From positions 1 to 52,170 of the IMG/VR virus record IMGVR_UViG_3300020433_000009: 52,170 nt of DNA; one strand, written 5' to 3'. This DNA comes from a virus (Duplodnaviria; Caudoviricetes). Below, in pieces: positions 33,524 to 43,239 of the stretch; the first letter of the stretch is position 1; every line of letters begins with the position of its first letter. Both the position numbers and the translations under genes were made by a program. The notes beneath the pieces were generated by a model that did not search any database, was not told the DNA's origin, and worked only from the letters and a program-made list of their open reading frames with translations.

Positions 33524-36500
33524 TTATACAGGATTAACGTTGAATCTAATTCTTACATAATAAAGAGTATTCGCACTAAGCGTCACAGCATTAGGAAGAG
33601 TGTAAGATAATTTATTTACACTGTTGTCTCTAGACTCATGTACTATATTAGTAAATGTAGCTGCTGGTGAAAACTGCCAGAATGTTGATGTATGTTGGAA
33701 ACCACTCTTCACTTGTGCAGTCAAAGCTGTAACAGTAGGATTAAATGCAGGTGTGATAGTTTGAATATCTGGTTGATCAACAAATGGAGTAGTGAATGTC
33801 GATGCATTTGAGTATGCACTTTGTAAACCATTCTGATCTCTGAACTTAACTTGAACTGAATACTGAGTATCAAATTCAAGAATTCCTACAGGCACTGTGA
33901 GACTAGTTTTGTTTGCACTATCTCCATTAAGATTTATATTATTAGTATCATAGACAGTTACGTTGTCACTAACTCTTCTAATTCTCCAGTAAGAAGAACT
34001 ATGTGTTGAGCCTGCATATTCTTGAACGAATGGAGATGTAGTAATAACTGGTTGTCTTGATAAAGTTTTAGTAGTGTCTGGATCTATGAATGGTGTAACT
34101 GTAGTTGGAGAAGATACGAACTCTGATTCATTAACAGTTAAAGTAGCAGATGTAGATGTTACAGAAGTTGCATTAGTGTTTGATAGAACACAACGGAATT
34201 GTTCTGATGGATTAGTTGGATATGTTGTTGCGGGTGTTGTATATGACGCTGAGTTTGCACCATTAATAGCACTCCAATTTGCTCCACTATCAGTTGAGAT
34301 CTGCCACTGATAAGAAATAACTCCACTTGTAATAGCAGCAGTTACACTGAAACTTGCAGTTTGTCCCTCAATAACAGCAGTGTTTTGAGGTTGTTGACTG
34401 ATAGTGATAACACGTAATACAGTCTGTAATGCAAAACCAGATGTTATAGGTGCAGCTGATCCAACAAGAGATACGATACATTGGAAACGATCGTCATTAT
34501 CATCAGCAAATACTAAAGTTCCAGTTGTATATGAGTCTGTTGTTCCACCTGTACCAGTAGAAACATTTGCATAGTTTGCACCACCATCATCAGATTTTTG
34601 CCACTGGTATGTTGGAGTTCCACTACTTGTTGATGCTGATACAGTGAAGTTACTGACTGAACCTTCATTAGATGTTACATTAGATGGTTGTGCTGTGATA
34701 GCAAATGTCCTTTCTACAGTCAGAGTTACAGCATTTGTATATGCTTTGACAGTTGCACCAACTGCATCTAACTCACAACGATACTGATCATTATGATCAT
34801 CTGCGTATGTTGTGCCAGCAGTTGTATAACTTGAATTTGTTGCACCACCTATGTTTGACCAGTTGACTCCTCCATCATCTGATTTCTGCCATTGGAAACT
34901 TACGTTTGGACTATGATCTGATTGACTTTGAGCATTTTCTGATCCTCCTCCACCGCCAGGCGTTGTCCATGATTCCGTTTCATATGATGAAGATGCAGCA
35001 TTACCACCAATGATTGACATGGTAACTGATCCAGTACAACTAAATGTTGCTGTAGCTGTTTCATTCACAGTTGCATCCTGTGGTTGATTTACAACATTAA
35101 CAGTTACTGTCTCTACCTGTAAGGTAACAGCATTTGATGCTATCTGTGTAGCACCTGTACAAGACAATACACAACGGAATTGATTTGCATCGTAGGATGC
35201 ATCCAATACAGGAGTTACATAAGTTGCTGTAGTTCCACCAGTTCCTGCAGATACATTATTCCAAGAAGCACCATTTGTATTTGATATCTGCCATTGGTAT
35301 GTTATATCGTTAGCATCATTATCTGAAGTATTTGCTACAACATTGAATGTTCTTGTTCCACCAACAGCACCTGTAGTTCCTTGAGGTTGAGTGGTAATAT
35401 TAATTGTTCTAGTTACGAACAATCTAGCAGCAGTTGAGATAACTTCAGATGCACCAGTGCAATTTAATTTAACTCTATAATAATCTCCATAATCTGCATC
35501 ATATGTTGTGGCTCCAGTAGTATAACTTGATGTGGTAGCACTACCTATATTAGTGTATGTTGCACCATCACCATTTTCTGATTTCTCCCATTGGTAGGAT
35601 AATGCTGCTCCATCTGCTACTGATGCAGTTACATTAAATGTACCAGCTGCAGGTGCAATAGGTGTTGCATTGCTTGGTTCAGCACTTATAGTAATCACTC
35701 TGAATACTGTTAGTGTGACAGCATTAGTATAAGCTGATGCCACTGCAGTGCTAGTATCTAACTTACAACGGAACTGATATGAATTTTTTCCATAGTCATC
35801 ATTGACTGTCAATGTATTACTTGTCACGTTAGTATAACCACTACCTTCAGATAGGGCAGACCAGTTAGCACCACTGTCAGTAGATACTTCCCATTCATAT
35901 GTAATGGTAGATCCGTCAGAACTGATAGCTGATATAGGACCAAATGTAGCACTTGTACCAGCACCTGCTTCTATACTTGCGTTACTAGGTTGTCCTGTAA
36001 CTGTAATAAGAACACCAGTTCCTGCAGTCGTAAAACTGAATGCACGAGTATTGTTTGTTATTTGCTCAACTACAGTAAAGTTAAAGGTTGTATCAATATA
36101 ATCTGATGTAACTGTACCACTCAATATACCCGTTGTGCTGTTTAATGAAAGACCTGAAGCACCAAGTGCGTCACCTGTAGTTGTATAAAGTTCGTAGGTC
36201 GGTTCATTAGCAAATGTCAGACCAGATAAACCAAGGTCAATACTAACACTAGCACCATTTGCAAATGGACTTCCAGTTATTGCACCAGAAGCTTGTGCCC
36301 ATGTTACTGTAGTATCAACATAAGGGAAAAATGCTCCTCTCTTTTTAGTTAGAACATCAGTGTTAGCATCATATTTAAAGTCCACTCCACTATCTACTGG
36401 ATAGTATTTTACATTATCATATACACTGGTGCCCTGTGCTTCTTGAGTATCAGTTTGAGATCTTAGTTGAGTAGAGGTAAAGACAACACCATCTGTACTT

Positions 36501-39013
36501 TCATGTGTTATTGCTTCCGAATCAATCAGTGCAAGATAGTTATTTGATCCACCACCAGTGGCACTAGCACTAGCATTACTAGCTGACTGAACGGTAATCG
36601 TATTATTGATTGCATCCTCAGCAGTTATGTTTAACCATCCACCTTGAGATAATCCAGAAATGTCTGTACCACCAAGAACAACACCACCTGAACTAGGATC
36701 AGTTTGAACTGTGATAGTTCCATTCATTGAGTTGTGATTAGAACACTGATAGTAATATGTGCCTGCAGTATTTGGTGTCCATGATACTGTTGCAGTTCCT
36801 GTAGATCCTTGTCCAGTAGCAGCTGGTGTACTTACTTGATTGCCAGTTCCAGTTCCCTGTACACTCTTAAGATAAAATGGATGAGAACCACTGACACCTG
36901 ATAAGTTAAAATTGATAGTGTCTCCAACATATACAGTAACACCTACATTGTTTCCACCTACTCCACCATTTCTATCAGTTCCACTTAGTGTGTAATACGA
37001 AAATGAAGGAGCTGTTGTTGTTATATTGTATGTTACAGCGTTACCACTACCACCTTCTGTTGATCCTGTAGTTCTTAACTGAACCTTTTTACCAACATTA
37101 CCAATGAAGTGACTGCTATCAGATGAGTTAAAGGAGATTTTTATATTCTGACTTCCACTGGTAACCTCGTATGGGTTAGTTGGTAGTTTTCTTTCTTCGA
37201 TACTATTTGTTGGATAGAATTGAGTTACACCCTTTGTTATATCTCCAGTGTTACCAGTTCCCCTGATAAATTGTTTTCCTAGTGATGCAAAGTTATTAGT
37301 TGTTAGAGTATATCCATTCTTTCCAGCCCAACATGCCATGATACCTGCAACTAGAGGACATGAGAATGATGTACCACCAATAGTTGCATAGTTTGCAGTG
37401 CTATTATATGGTGTGTTTGCAGTCCAGTCATACTTAGGAAGACGAATATTTTTACCAGGTGCACAAACAGTAGCACCAGCACCATAGTTAGAAAAGTCTG
37501 CCCATCTATCATTATAGTCTGTAGCACCTACAGAAATCTTTGCTTGATCTACATCTACATTGTTTACACCACCAGTTGTGTTATCAGCATAACCAGCAGT
37601 TCTTGCTCCAACTACAACCTTAGACATCAAAGGTCCTGCAAAATTATCACCAGAGTCTTTAAATCCATTACCTGCAGATCTACAAATCAATATCCTTTGA
37701 GAAGCAGCTATGGTTCCTTCGATATCATCTAATACTTCTTCATCAGTTCCTGTGTCATCACCTGCATCATTTAGTTCAACATATGGATAAGACTGACTTG
37801 GAAGTCCTGAACCTATGGAAGTATTAACAATAGCTGGTCTGGTATTACCTTTATAGTTTGCATTACTACTATCATTATGATCTATGACTGCCTGATATGC
37901 ATTTAATATAGCAGTATATGTACCACTACCTGAAGAGTTCAAGCATTTGAGTGCATATATTTTTGCATTAGATGCAAATCCACAGGTTCTACCTGCAGCT
38001 AAGATAGCACAATAAGTACCGTGATCATTATCATCTTCGTTGTTAGTACCATAATCACCAGAGTAATGTGGTAATTGGTACACTCTATAGTTCTGTTGTT
38101 CGGCAGTTCCGTTTAGATCAGTAACAAAATCTGGATCATACAATTCAGGATGTAGAGCTGCGTTGTTACCTGTTGGTCTACTTGCACCACGAACTCCGCT
38201 ATCTAAGATATAGATATCAACTCCATCACCAGTGGCACCACTATTACTGTACTCACCATTCATATACTGTCTGTCTTGTTTGGTCAGTCTGTCTAAATGC
38301 CAAAAGTCATGTACGTTAAGTGTCCCATATCTGTTAGGAGAAGTATCATATCTTCCCATTCCAGCGTGGTTTAGGCAATAGTAAAATAAAACTGAAGGTG
38401 TAGATGAACCAAATACTACAGTTGTGTTAGCACCTGATTGTCCTGCAACTCCGTTATAGGTTACACCTGTTGAAAATTCTACACCGCCAGTTGTATATGA
38501 TCCGTCAGGTGTAGTAGAAAATCTTATAGGATGGGTTGCATTACTAGGATGTGATTGATCAAAAATATATGTCGCACCTTGTAAGAAACCACTGAAGTAT
38601 GAAGTGACGACAAAAGTAACATTATCACTTGAGAATGAATATACGTTTGATCCACTGCCTTGCCAGTTAGATGCAACTTGAACATATATTGTGTTCGTGC
38701 TTGATGCAGTAATATTTCTTGTATTCGTAGTAGCTTGTGAAACTACCTCCCCACTAGTCTGTACCTCTTCTCCCTGAGCAGACACAGCTCCAGAAGAATA
38801 TGCTAGTTTATCCCAAAACGCTTTCTTAACAACATTAAGTGCATTGAGTTTCTCTAGTAAACCATTCTCATATTGTTCTGGACATTCCAATGAAAATGTC
38901 TTAAAACTTCTATATGCTTTATAATTGGTTAGGAAACCGTATAATTTTAGGATGGCAGCACATGCAGAATCCAAACTATAATTACCAGAAACCCTGATGA
39001 CTACCTTCTTCAT
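33524..39013 (-). CDS. Giant S8 subtilase / cupredoxin-like / Ig-repeat protein, probably virion-associated
   Basis: Triad YILDSG, DHGTYCA, GGTSFSCPLVAG; two HP..YYC..H..M domains; six Ig-like QP..YQWQ..YRC repeats; FN3-like end; late promoter at 39041-39047; ATG 39013 preferred over TTG 39025. Confidence 0.85.
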   Translation of the reverse strand: MKKVVIRVSGNYSLDSACAAILKLYGFLTNYKAYRSFKTFSLECPEQYENGLLEKLNALNVVKKAFWDKLAYSSGAVSAQGEEVQTSGEVVSQATTNTRNITASSTNTIYVQVASNWQGSGSNVYSFSSDNVTFVVTSYFSGFLQGATYIFDQSHPSNATHPIRFSTTPDGSYTTGGVEFSTGVTYNGVAGQSGANTTVVFGSSTPSVLFYYCLNHAGMGRYDTSPNRYGTLNVHDFWHLDRLTKQDRQYMNGEYSNSGATGDGVDIYILDSGVRGASRPTGNNAALHPELYDPDFVTDLNGTAEQQNYRVYQLPHYSGDYGTNNEDDNDHGTYCAILAAGRTCGFASNAKIYALKCLNSSGSGTYTAILNAYQAVIDHNDSSNANYKGNTRPAIVNTSIGSGLPSQSYPYVELNDAGDDTGTDEEVLDDIEGTIAASQRILICRSAGNGFKDSGDNFAGPLMSKVVVGARTAGYADNTTGGVNNVDVDQAKISVGATDYNDRWADFSNYGAGATVCAPGKNIRLPKYDWTANTPYNSTANYATIGGTSFSCPLVAGIMACWAGKNGYTLTTNNFASLGKQFIRGTGNTGDITKGVTQFYPTNSIEERKLPTNPYEVTSGSQNIKISFNSSDSSHFIGNVGKKVQLRTTGSTEGGSGNAVTYNITTTAPSFSYYTLSGTDRNGGVGGNNVGVTVYVGDTINFNLSGVSGSHPFYLKSVQGTGTGNQVSTPAATGQGSTGTATVSWTPNTAGTYYYQCSNHNSMNGTITVQTDPSSGGVVLGGTDISGLSQGGWLNITAEDAINNTITVQSASNASASATGGGSNNYLALIDSEAITHESTDGVVFTSTQLRSQTDTQEAQGTSVYDNVKYYPVDSGVDFKYDANTDVLTKKRGAFFPYVDTTVTWAQASGAITGSPFANGASVSIDLGLSGLTFANEPTYELYTTTGDALGASGLSLNSTTGILSGTVTSDYIDTTFNFTVVEQITNNTRAFSFTTAGTGVLITVTGQPSNASIEAGAGTSATFGPISAISSDGSTITYEWEVSTDSGANWSALSEGSGYTNVTSNTLTVNDDYGKNSYQFRCKLDTSTAVASAYTNAVTLTVFRVITISAEPSNATPIAPAAGTFNVTASVADGAALSYQWEKSENGDGATYTNIGSATTSSYTTGATTYDADYGDYYRVKLNCTGASEVISTAARLFVTRTINITTQPQGTTGAVGGTRTFNVVANTSDNDANDITYQWQISNTNGASWNNVSAGTGGTTATYVTPVLDASYDANQFRCVLSCTGATQIASNAVTLQVETVTVNVVNQPQDATVNETATATFSCTGSVTMSIIGGNAASSSYETESWTTPGGGGGSENAQSQSDHSPNVSFQWQKSDDGGVNWSNIGGATNSSYTTAGTTYADDHNDQYRCELDAVGATVKAYTNAVTLTVERTFAITAQPSNVTSNEGSVSNFTVSASTSSGTPTYQWQKSDDGGANYANVSTGTGGTTDSYTTGTLVFADDNDDRFQCIVSLVGSAAPITSGFALQTVLRVITISQQPQNTAVIEGQTASFSVTAAITSGVISYQWQISTDSGANWSAINGANSASYTTPATTYPTNPSEQFRCVLSNTNATSVTSTSATLTVNESEFVSSPTTVTPFIDPDTTKTLSRQPVITTSPFVQEYAGSTHSSSYWRIRRVSDNVTVYDTNNINLNGDSANKTSLTVPVGILEFDTQYSVQVKFRDQNGLQSAYSNASTFTTPFVDQPDIQTITPAFNPTVTALTAQVKSGFQHTSTFWQFSPAATFTNIVHESRDNSVNKLSYTLPNAVTLSANTLYYVRIRFNVNPV
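34130..36015 (-). repeat. Six protein-level Ig-like repeats of about 100 aa
   Basis: Recurring TI..QP.N....G....F.V.A...TYQWQ.S.D.G.NW...SYTT...RC...LTV. Confidence 0.8.
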
Positions 39014-39043
39014 CCCATCTCGCAATTAGTCCTTCAGGTTTAT

Positions 39044-39388
39044 TTATGCCTTTTTATTCATATCTACTTGTTTAAGTAATCTTGCAATTTCTGTCTCGTC
39101 AACAACCTTATCCATTCTTTCTACTGGTTTACAGAACTTTAAATCGTGACTTGCATCAAATACATATTTCTGTCTACAATGAGTTCTATCTCTTTCCACA
39201 ATAATATGATAAGATTTACCATATACATTCTCTGTAAATCCTATTGCTACGATTGCCCTATTCTCATAAAGATCACCAACTTTATAAGGACAAGTCTCTG
39301 CAGTGCCATCAAAAGGAATATAGAACTGTGTAGAATTGACATGTTCTAACTTCCTAGCTTCACTAGATGGTATGTTTTTTCGATGCAT
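39044..39388 (-). CDS. Hypothetical protein (114 aa)
   Basis: Coupled to the upstream stop; no recognised motif. Confidence 0.75.
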   Translation of the reverse strand: MHRKNIPSSEARKLEHVNSTQFYIPFDGTAETCPYKVGDLYENRAIVAIGFTENVYGKSYHIIVERDRTHCRQKYVFDASHDLKFCKPVERMDKVVDETEIARLLKQVDMNKKA

Positions 39389-39981
39389 TACTTTAACTCC
39401 AAGTTACATAGATCGTCTTGTTCACCAAAGGTACCAGAAAGAAATACATTAAATGATATACTATATCTCATTTGATCCAAATCATTTTTAGCAGTCTGAT
39501 GTTTTAGATAACTGGGAAACAATAGTAGGTCTCCTTTATTTGGATTGATAATGCAATCAGTTACATTATAAAAATTTGGTTGAGCTACATCAGGAATAAT
39601 CATCTTTGGTACTGGATCAAAAAACCTGATGGGAGGATAATTTATATCTTGAGGATAATATGCCCCAGATATAAAACTATTAGGATGTGAGTGAGTATGA
39701 ATATATTCATTGGATGCACACCCTGTAGCCCACATAGTACTTATGCGAGGAAATATGTTTTTATATTCAAAAACATTAGCGAATGAATATTTTACTGCTT
39801 CTAGAAACATCCCAGATAATGTCCAGAACCTCTCATCCTGATGCAAATTAGTCTTAGAAATAGAGAAACCATCTCCATCTTCTAAAACTTTTTTAATATC
39901 CTCTTGTACTTTTTGATGATCAATACCAATATCACAGACCACTAGGGTCTGTGGAAACATACTGAATACTGTTTTAATCAC
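39388..39981 (-). CDS. TIGR02466-like 2OG-Fe(II) oxygenase
   Basis: HSHPNSFISGAYY, LLLFPSYLKH, RYSISFN. Confidence 0.85.
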   Translation of the reverse strand: MIKTVFSMFPQTLVVCDIGIDHQKVQEDIKKVLEDGDGFSISKTNLHQDERFWTLSGMFLEAVKYSFANVFEYKNIFPRISTMWATGCASNEYIHTHSHPNSFISGAYYPQDINYPPIRFFDPVPKMIIPDVAQPNFYNVTDCIINPNKGDLLLFPSYLKHQTAKNDLDQMRYSISFNVFLSGTFGEQDDLCNLELK

Positions 39982-40153
39982 CTACTTTAACTTCACCTTC
40001 TTCTTTTTGAGACATAGTTAGTGCTTCTATTGCACCCTCTAATCTCAATACCTGTTCTTTTCTTTGACTGAGTTGTTTTTCAAGTTCAACAATAGTAGCC
40101 TTTTGCTCTACCAATTGACCATTAAACTCTTTGATCATGTCTGGGATTTCCAT
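39974..40153 (-). CDS. Small coiled-coil protein (59 aa), missed by the ORF track
   Basis: MEIPDMIKEFNGQLVEQKATIVELEKQLSQRKEQVLRLEGAIEALTMSQKEEGEVKVGD*; late promoter CTAAATA at 40175-40181. Confidence 0.75.
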   Translation of the reverse strand: MEIPDMIKEFNGQLVEQKATIVELEKQLSQRKEQVLRLEGAIEALTMSQKEEGEVKVGD

Positions 40154-40177
40154 AGTTTAAAATAATAACTGTTATAT

Positions 40178-40816
40178 TTAGAAGTGCTCTGCACCATCGA
40201 CTATACCATAGTCTAACACAATATTGCCAGAAATGCTAACTCGTGGTATTCCAGAGAACCCCTTGAATGGATATACTACATGGTTTACCCATGCAGGAAA
40301 TAATATTACTTGACCTTCTATACCTTTTTCAACATTGATTAATTTATTAAACATAGAGAATGGATCTGAGAATTCTGTAAATCCATTCTTTACATGTTGT
40401 GGTAGAACGTCAGGTTCTAATTTACATTGATCCTCATGTGTATATGGCACACTCATGTATACAACAAAACTAAACAACCCAGTATGTTGATGTAAAGGTT
40501 GATAAGAATTTGAATACATTTCATTTCTCCAAAGATCCACCAACTTAAATGGTGTCCTAGGTGGAGTGTTCTGTCTGATCTGATGAAATACAGGAGCAGT
40601 TGCACATTCTCTAGCAAAAGCCTCTGATAAACAAATTATATAATCCTCAAACAAAGGTGCTTTACTTATTCCTAGTTTGTATTCGTCTGGGAATACTCCA
40701 ACTAATTTATCTCCATGGTGACCACCATTCTTTAAATTATTCAGTTCTTCAAAAATATCCTCTGGAAGTTGACTGTACATCAAACAAGGATAATCAAAAT
40801 GATAATTTATATTCAT
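40178..40816 (-). CDS. TIGR02466-like 2OG-Fe(II) oxygenase
   Basis: QPLHQHTGLFSFVVY, ILFPAWVNHVVYP, RVSISGN. Confidence 0.8.
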   Translation of the reverse strand: MNINYHFDYPCLMYSQLPEDIFEELNNLKNGGHHGDKLVGVFPDEYKLGISKAPLFEDYIICLSEAFARECATAPVFHQIRQNTPPRTPFKLVDLWRNEMYSNSYQPLHQHTGLFSFVVYMSVPYTHEDQCKLEPDVLPQHVKNGFTEFSDPFSMFNKLINVEKGIEGQVILFPAWVNHVVYPFKGFSGIPRVSISGNIVLDYGIVDGAEHF

Positions 40817-41526
40817 GTAATCATCTTATAGTTTGGTTTTATAGATTTATCTGGATGCTCATCCCATCCTTCTTTAGTTAGGATGTCCATTGCAATTGTT
40901 ATTCTTTCAAATGGATGATCATGTTTATCTGTCCAATGCACTAAATGGTTTGGAAACATAAAAATTTCACCTGGTTTATTTGCAAACCCCTTAACTACTT
41001 GTTTGTTAAATGGGTTAGAATAATATGTACCAGTTCTATTTGCAGCGATGGTTAGGTGTGCACCTATAAAACTATCTTTATAAGAACTATGCCAATGAGG
41101 TAATATTTGTTCTCCAGATCTCATTACGTTTGCCCAACACTGAGAGTAGTATTGTTCCTCTCTATGGTTGAACCCATCTACTTGTCCGCAACCAATATCC
41201 CACAATCCTTCATCATGCATGTATTGCCCCATGGCTGCACAACCTCTGTTGATTGTATCTCTTAATGTATTGACCCATGGCTCATCCCATTCCCATACAC
41301 TAAACGCACTAAATTTTGCAGTGAGACTATCTCCTCCAAGACCAGTGCCACCATCATTAGTGACATCTTTGAAGTCATGTATTATCTCTTTTTCTCTTCT
41401 TAGAATACTTTCTCCTATTTCTTTACACTCGTCTCTAGTAAATACTGTTTCAGTATAGAAAGGAAAGTTCCAATTAGGTGCAAAAGGAGTTCTAGGAAAC
41501 TCAGATTTCCATTCAATAATAGGCAT
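40813..41526 (-). CDS. TIGR02466-like 2OG-Fe(II) oxygenase
   Basis: WANVMRSGEQILPHWH, FMFPNHLVHWT, RITIAMD. Confidence 0.8.
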   Translation of the reverse strand: MPIIEWKSEFPRTPFAPNWNFPFYTETVFTRDECKEIGESILRREKEIIHDFKDVTNDGGTGLGGDSLTAKFSAFSVWEWDEPWVNTLRDTINRGCAAMGQYMHDEGLWDIGCGQVDGFNHREEQYYSQCWANVMRSGEQILPHWHSSYKDSFIGAHLTIAANRTGTYYSNPFNKQVVKGFANKPGEIFMFPNHLVHWTDKHDHPFERITIAMDILTKEGWDEHPDKSIKPNYKMIT

Positions 41527-42164
41527 TATTCAGCTTGATATAAATTCCAAGTAGCTAGTTTTGCTTGAGATGATGCTGCATTGCAAGGTCCTATAGGAAT
41601 ACAATTAAAACTAATTGACCATCTCGAAAATTCTTGTACATGGTTCAACGTACCATGCTTCAACCAACTAGGAAATAATAATAACTTTCCAGCTTCAGGT
41701 ATCATCCCCCATTGTTCAGGAGTTTTTTGTGGATCCACACTGTATAGTTTTATCATACCCTCTCGTCTTTTATCTACAGGATCACAGAACATAGTGGGTG
41801 CACCATCAGTCAGATAGAATACACCACTGATATATGACATTGGGTGATGATGTATCTCATGTTTACCTGCCTTGAAACCAGGCGACAGGTTAGCCCACAT
41901 GATACTAATATCTAATTTTTCACATTCATATTCATAATGTGATCTATATTGCTCTACGCAATCCTCAAAGAAATCTGTTATCTCTTTATACCTAGGATCT
42001 TTATGCAAATCATGTCGAGTTTGCCAAACTCTTTCTGGATGTTCGGGTTGTGCTTGATTTACATTGATATAATCTTCTTCTTCCAGATTAGATATAATCT
42101 GTTTAAAATCAAACTCCGCTTTAAACACATGTACAGGTGTCGGAAAGATATTGTATATGTCCAT
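41526..42164 (-). CDS. TIGR02466-like 2OG-Fe(II) oxygenase
   Basis: IFPTP, MWAN, HHHPMSYISGVFY, LLLFPSWLKH, RWSISFN. Confidence 0.85.
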   Translation of the reverse strand: MDIYNIFPTPVHVFKAEFDFKQIISNLEEEDYINVNQAQPEHPERVWQTRHDLHKDPRYKEITDFFEDCVEQYRSHYEYECEKLDISIMWANLSPGFKAGKHEIHHHPMSYISGVFYLTDGAPTMFCDPVDKRREGMIKLYSVDPQKTPEQWGMIPEAGKLLLFPSWLKHGTLNHVQEFSRWSISFNCIPIGPCNAASSQAKLATWNLYQAE

Positions 42165-42165
42165 A

Positions 42166-42930
42166 TTAATATGATATAGAAAGTGTCATTCTTGGTGTGT
42201 TAAGATACTTACCTTTTTCCATAAAGGCAGTATGGAAACATGCTCCTTCATACAGATTAAATCTATTGAATTTATGTTCATCTAGATGGTATCTGATATA
42301 TTTAGTGTTCTCCACAATGGGTTGATATACGTCCATATCCATTCTTTGAGGTGTGAAAGCATACCTTGATTTTCTGTACATACATGTACTAGGATGAAAA
42401 CTTTCCTCTCCTGTCTCCTTCAATCTATAGAACGATGTCCCCGTATCACCTTCTATCTCATCATCAAAGTTTAAACATATATTACCTGCAAGAGAAGAGT
42501 CATCACAGTGTGGCCAATTAGATTGTTTGAATACGTTTCTGTCACCAAATATTCTCTGAAAGGAGTAATTAATAAACCTTCCACCATATCCAAATTCTAC
42601 TTGTGCTATCTTTTTAATTGTTTCTTCTAATTCTTTTATCTGAAAAGAAAGATAAGTCTGATAACCAGGATAGAAACCTGCTTTGGCATCCCATGCAGTA
42701 GGTTTCATAGATGGGTTTGGTATAAACTGTTGTGGTATATCCATTAAAAAATCACGTATCTTTTCTGGATACGCGAAAAAATTGTCAATAGACACAATAC
42801 GATTTTTGTGATTACCAACATCGTAAGTGGTTACATTTATACCACTGTTTACTTCAAATATTCTATCGTCAAATACCTTAAGAGGAAGAGTTGATTGCTC
42901 CTGGTCTGGGGACTGATTCATCTTTTTCAC
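42166..42930 (-). CDS. DUF6445-like 2OG-Fe(II) oxygenase
   Basis: IDNFFAYPEKIRD, FYPG, PHCD (HxD), GTSFYR, FNRFNLYEG..FH, RMT. Confidence 0.78.
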   Translation of the reverse strand: MKKMNQSPDQEQSTLPLKVFDDRIFEVNSGINVTTYDVGNHKNRIVSIDNFFAYPEKIRDFLMDIPQQFIPNPSMKPTAWDAKAGFYPGYQTYLSFQIKELEETIKKIAQVEFGYGGRFINYSFQRIFGDRNVFKQSNWPHCDDSSLAGNICLNFDDEIEGDTGTSFYRLKETGEESFHPSTCMYRKSRYAFTPQRMDMDVYQPIVENTKYIRYHLDEHKFNRFNLYEGACFHTAFMEKGKYLNTPRMTLSISY

Positions 42931-43237
42931 AAAGTGCCAAGAAATCCTTGACTTGAACTTCTGACATTATAGCACCTAATGGCCATCTATGCAAAGCCGT
43001 AGGTGCAACACCTGTACTGCATACTACATCTTTATTCTCTGCATCAGATATCCATGTCTCTATTGGTAGTGTAGACCACAACCAAGTGCCAATATCATAT
43101 GTTGGTAAAGTTTCTGCTAACCAAGTAGCACACGCAGTGCACTGACTATCAGTTAGTATGAGAAGTCTTTTTGTTCCACCTTCTAGCCATGCCTTTGCAT
43201 CTGTATATGATGTAAAAGCTGAAGTTCTAGCTGCCAT
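42878..43237 (-). CDS. Small CxxC protein, possibly thioredoxin-like
   Basis: LLILTDSQCTAC and later VAPT (cis-Pro-like position). Confidence 0.5.
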   Translation of the reverse strand: MAARTSAFTSYTDAKAWLEGGTKRLLILTDSQCTACATWLAETLPTYDIGTWLWSTLPIETWISDAENKDVVCSTGVAPTALHRWPLGAIMSEVQVKDFLALCEKDESVPRPGAINSSS

Positions 43238-43239
43238 AA

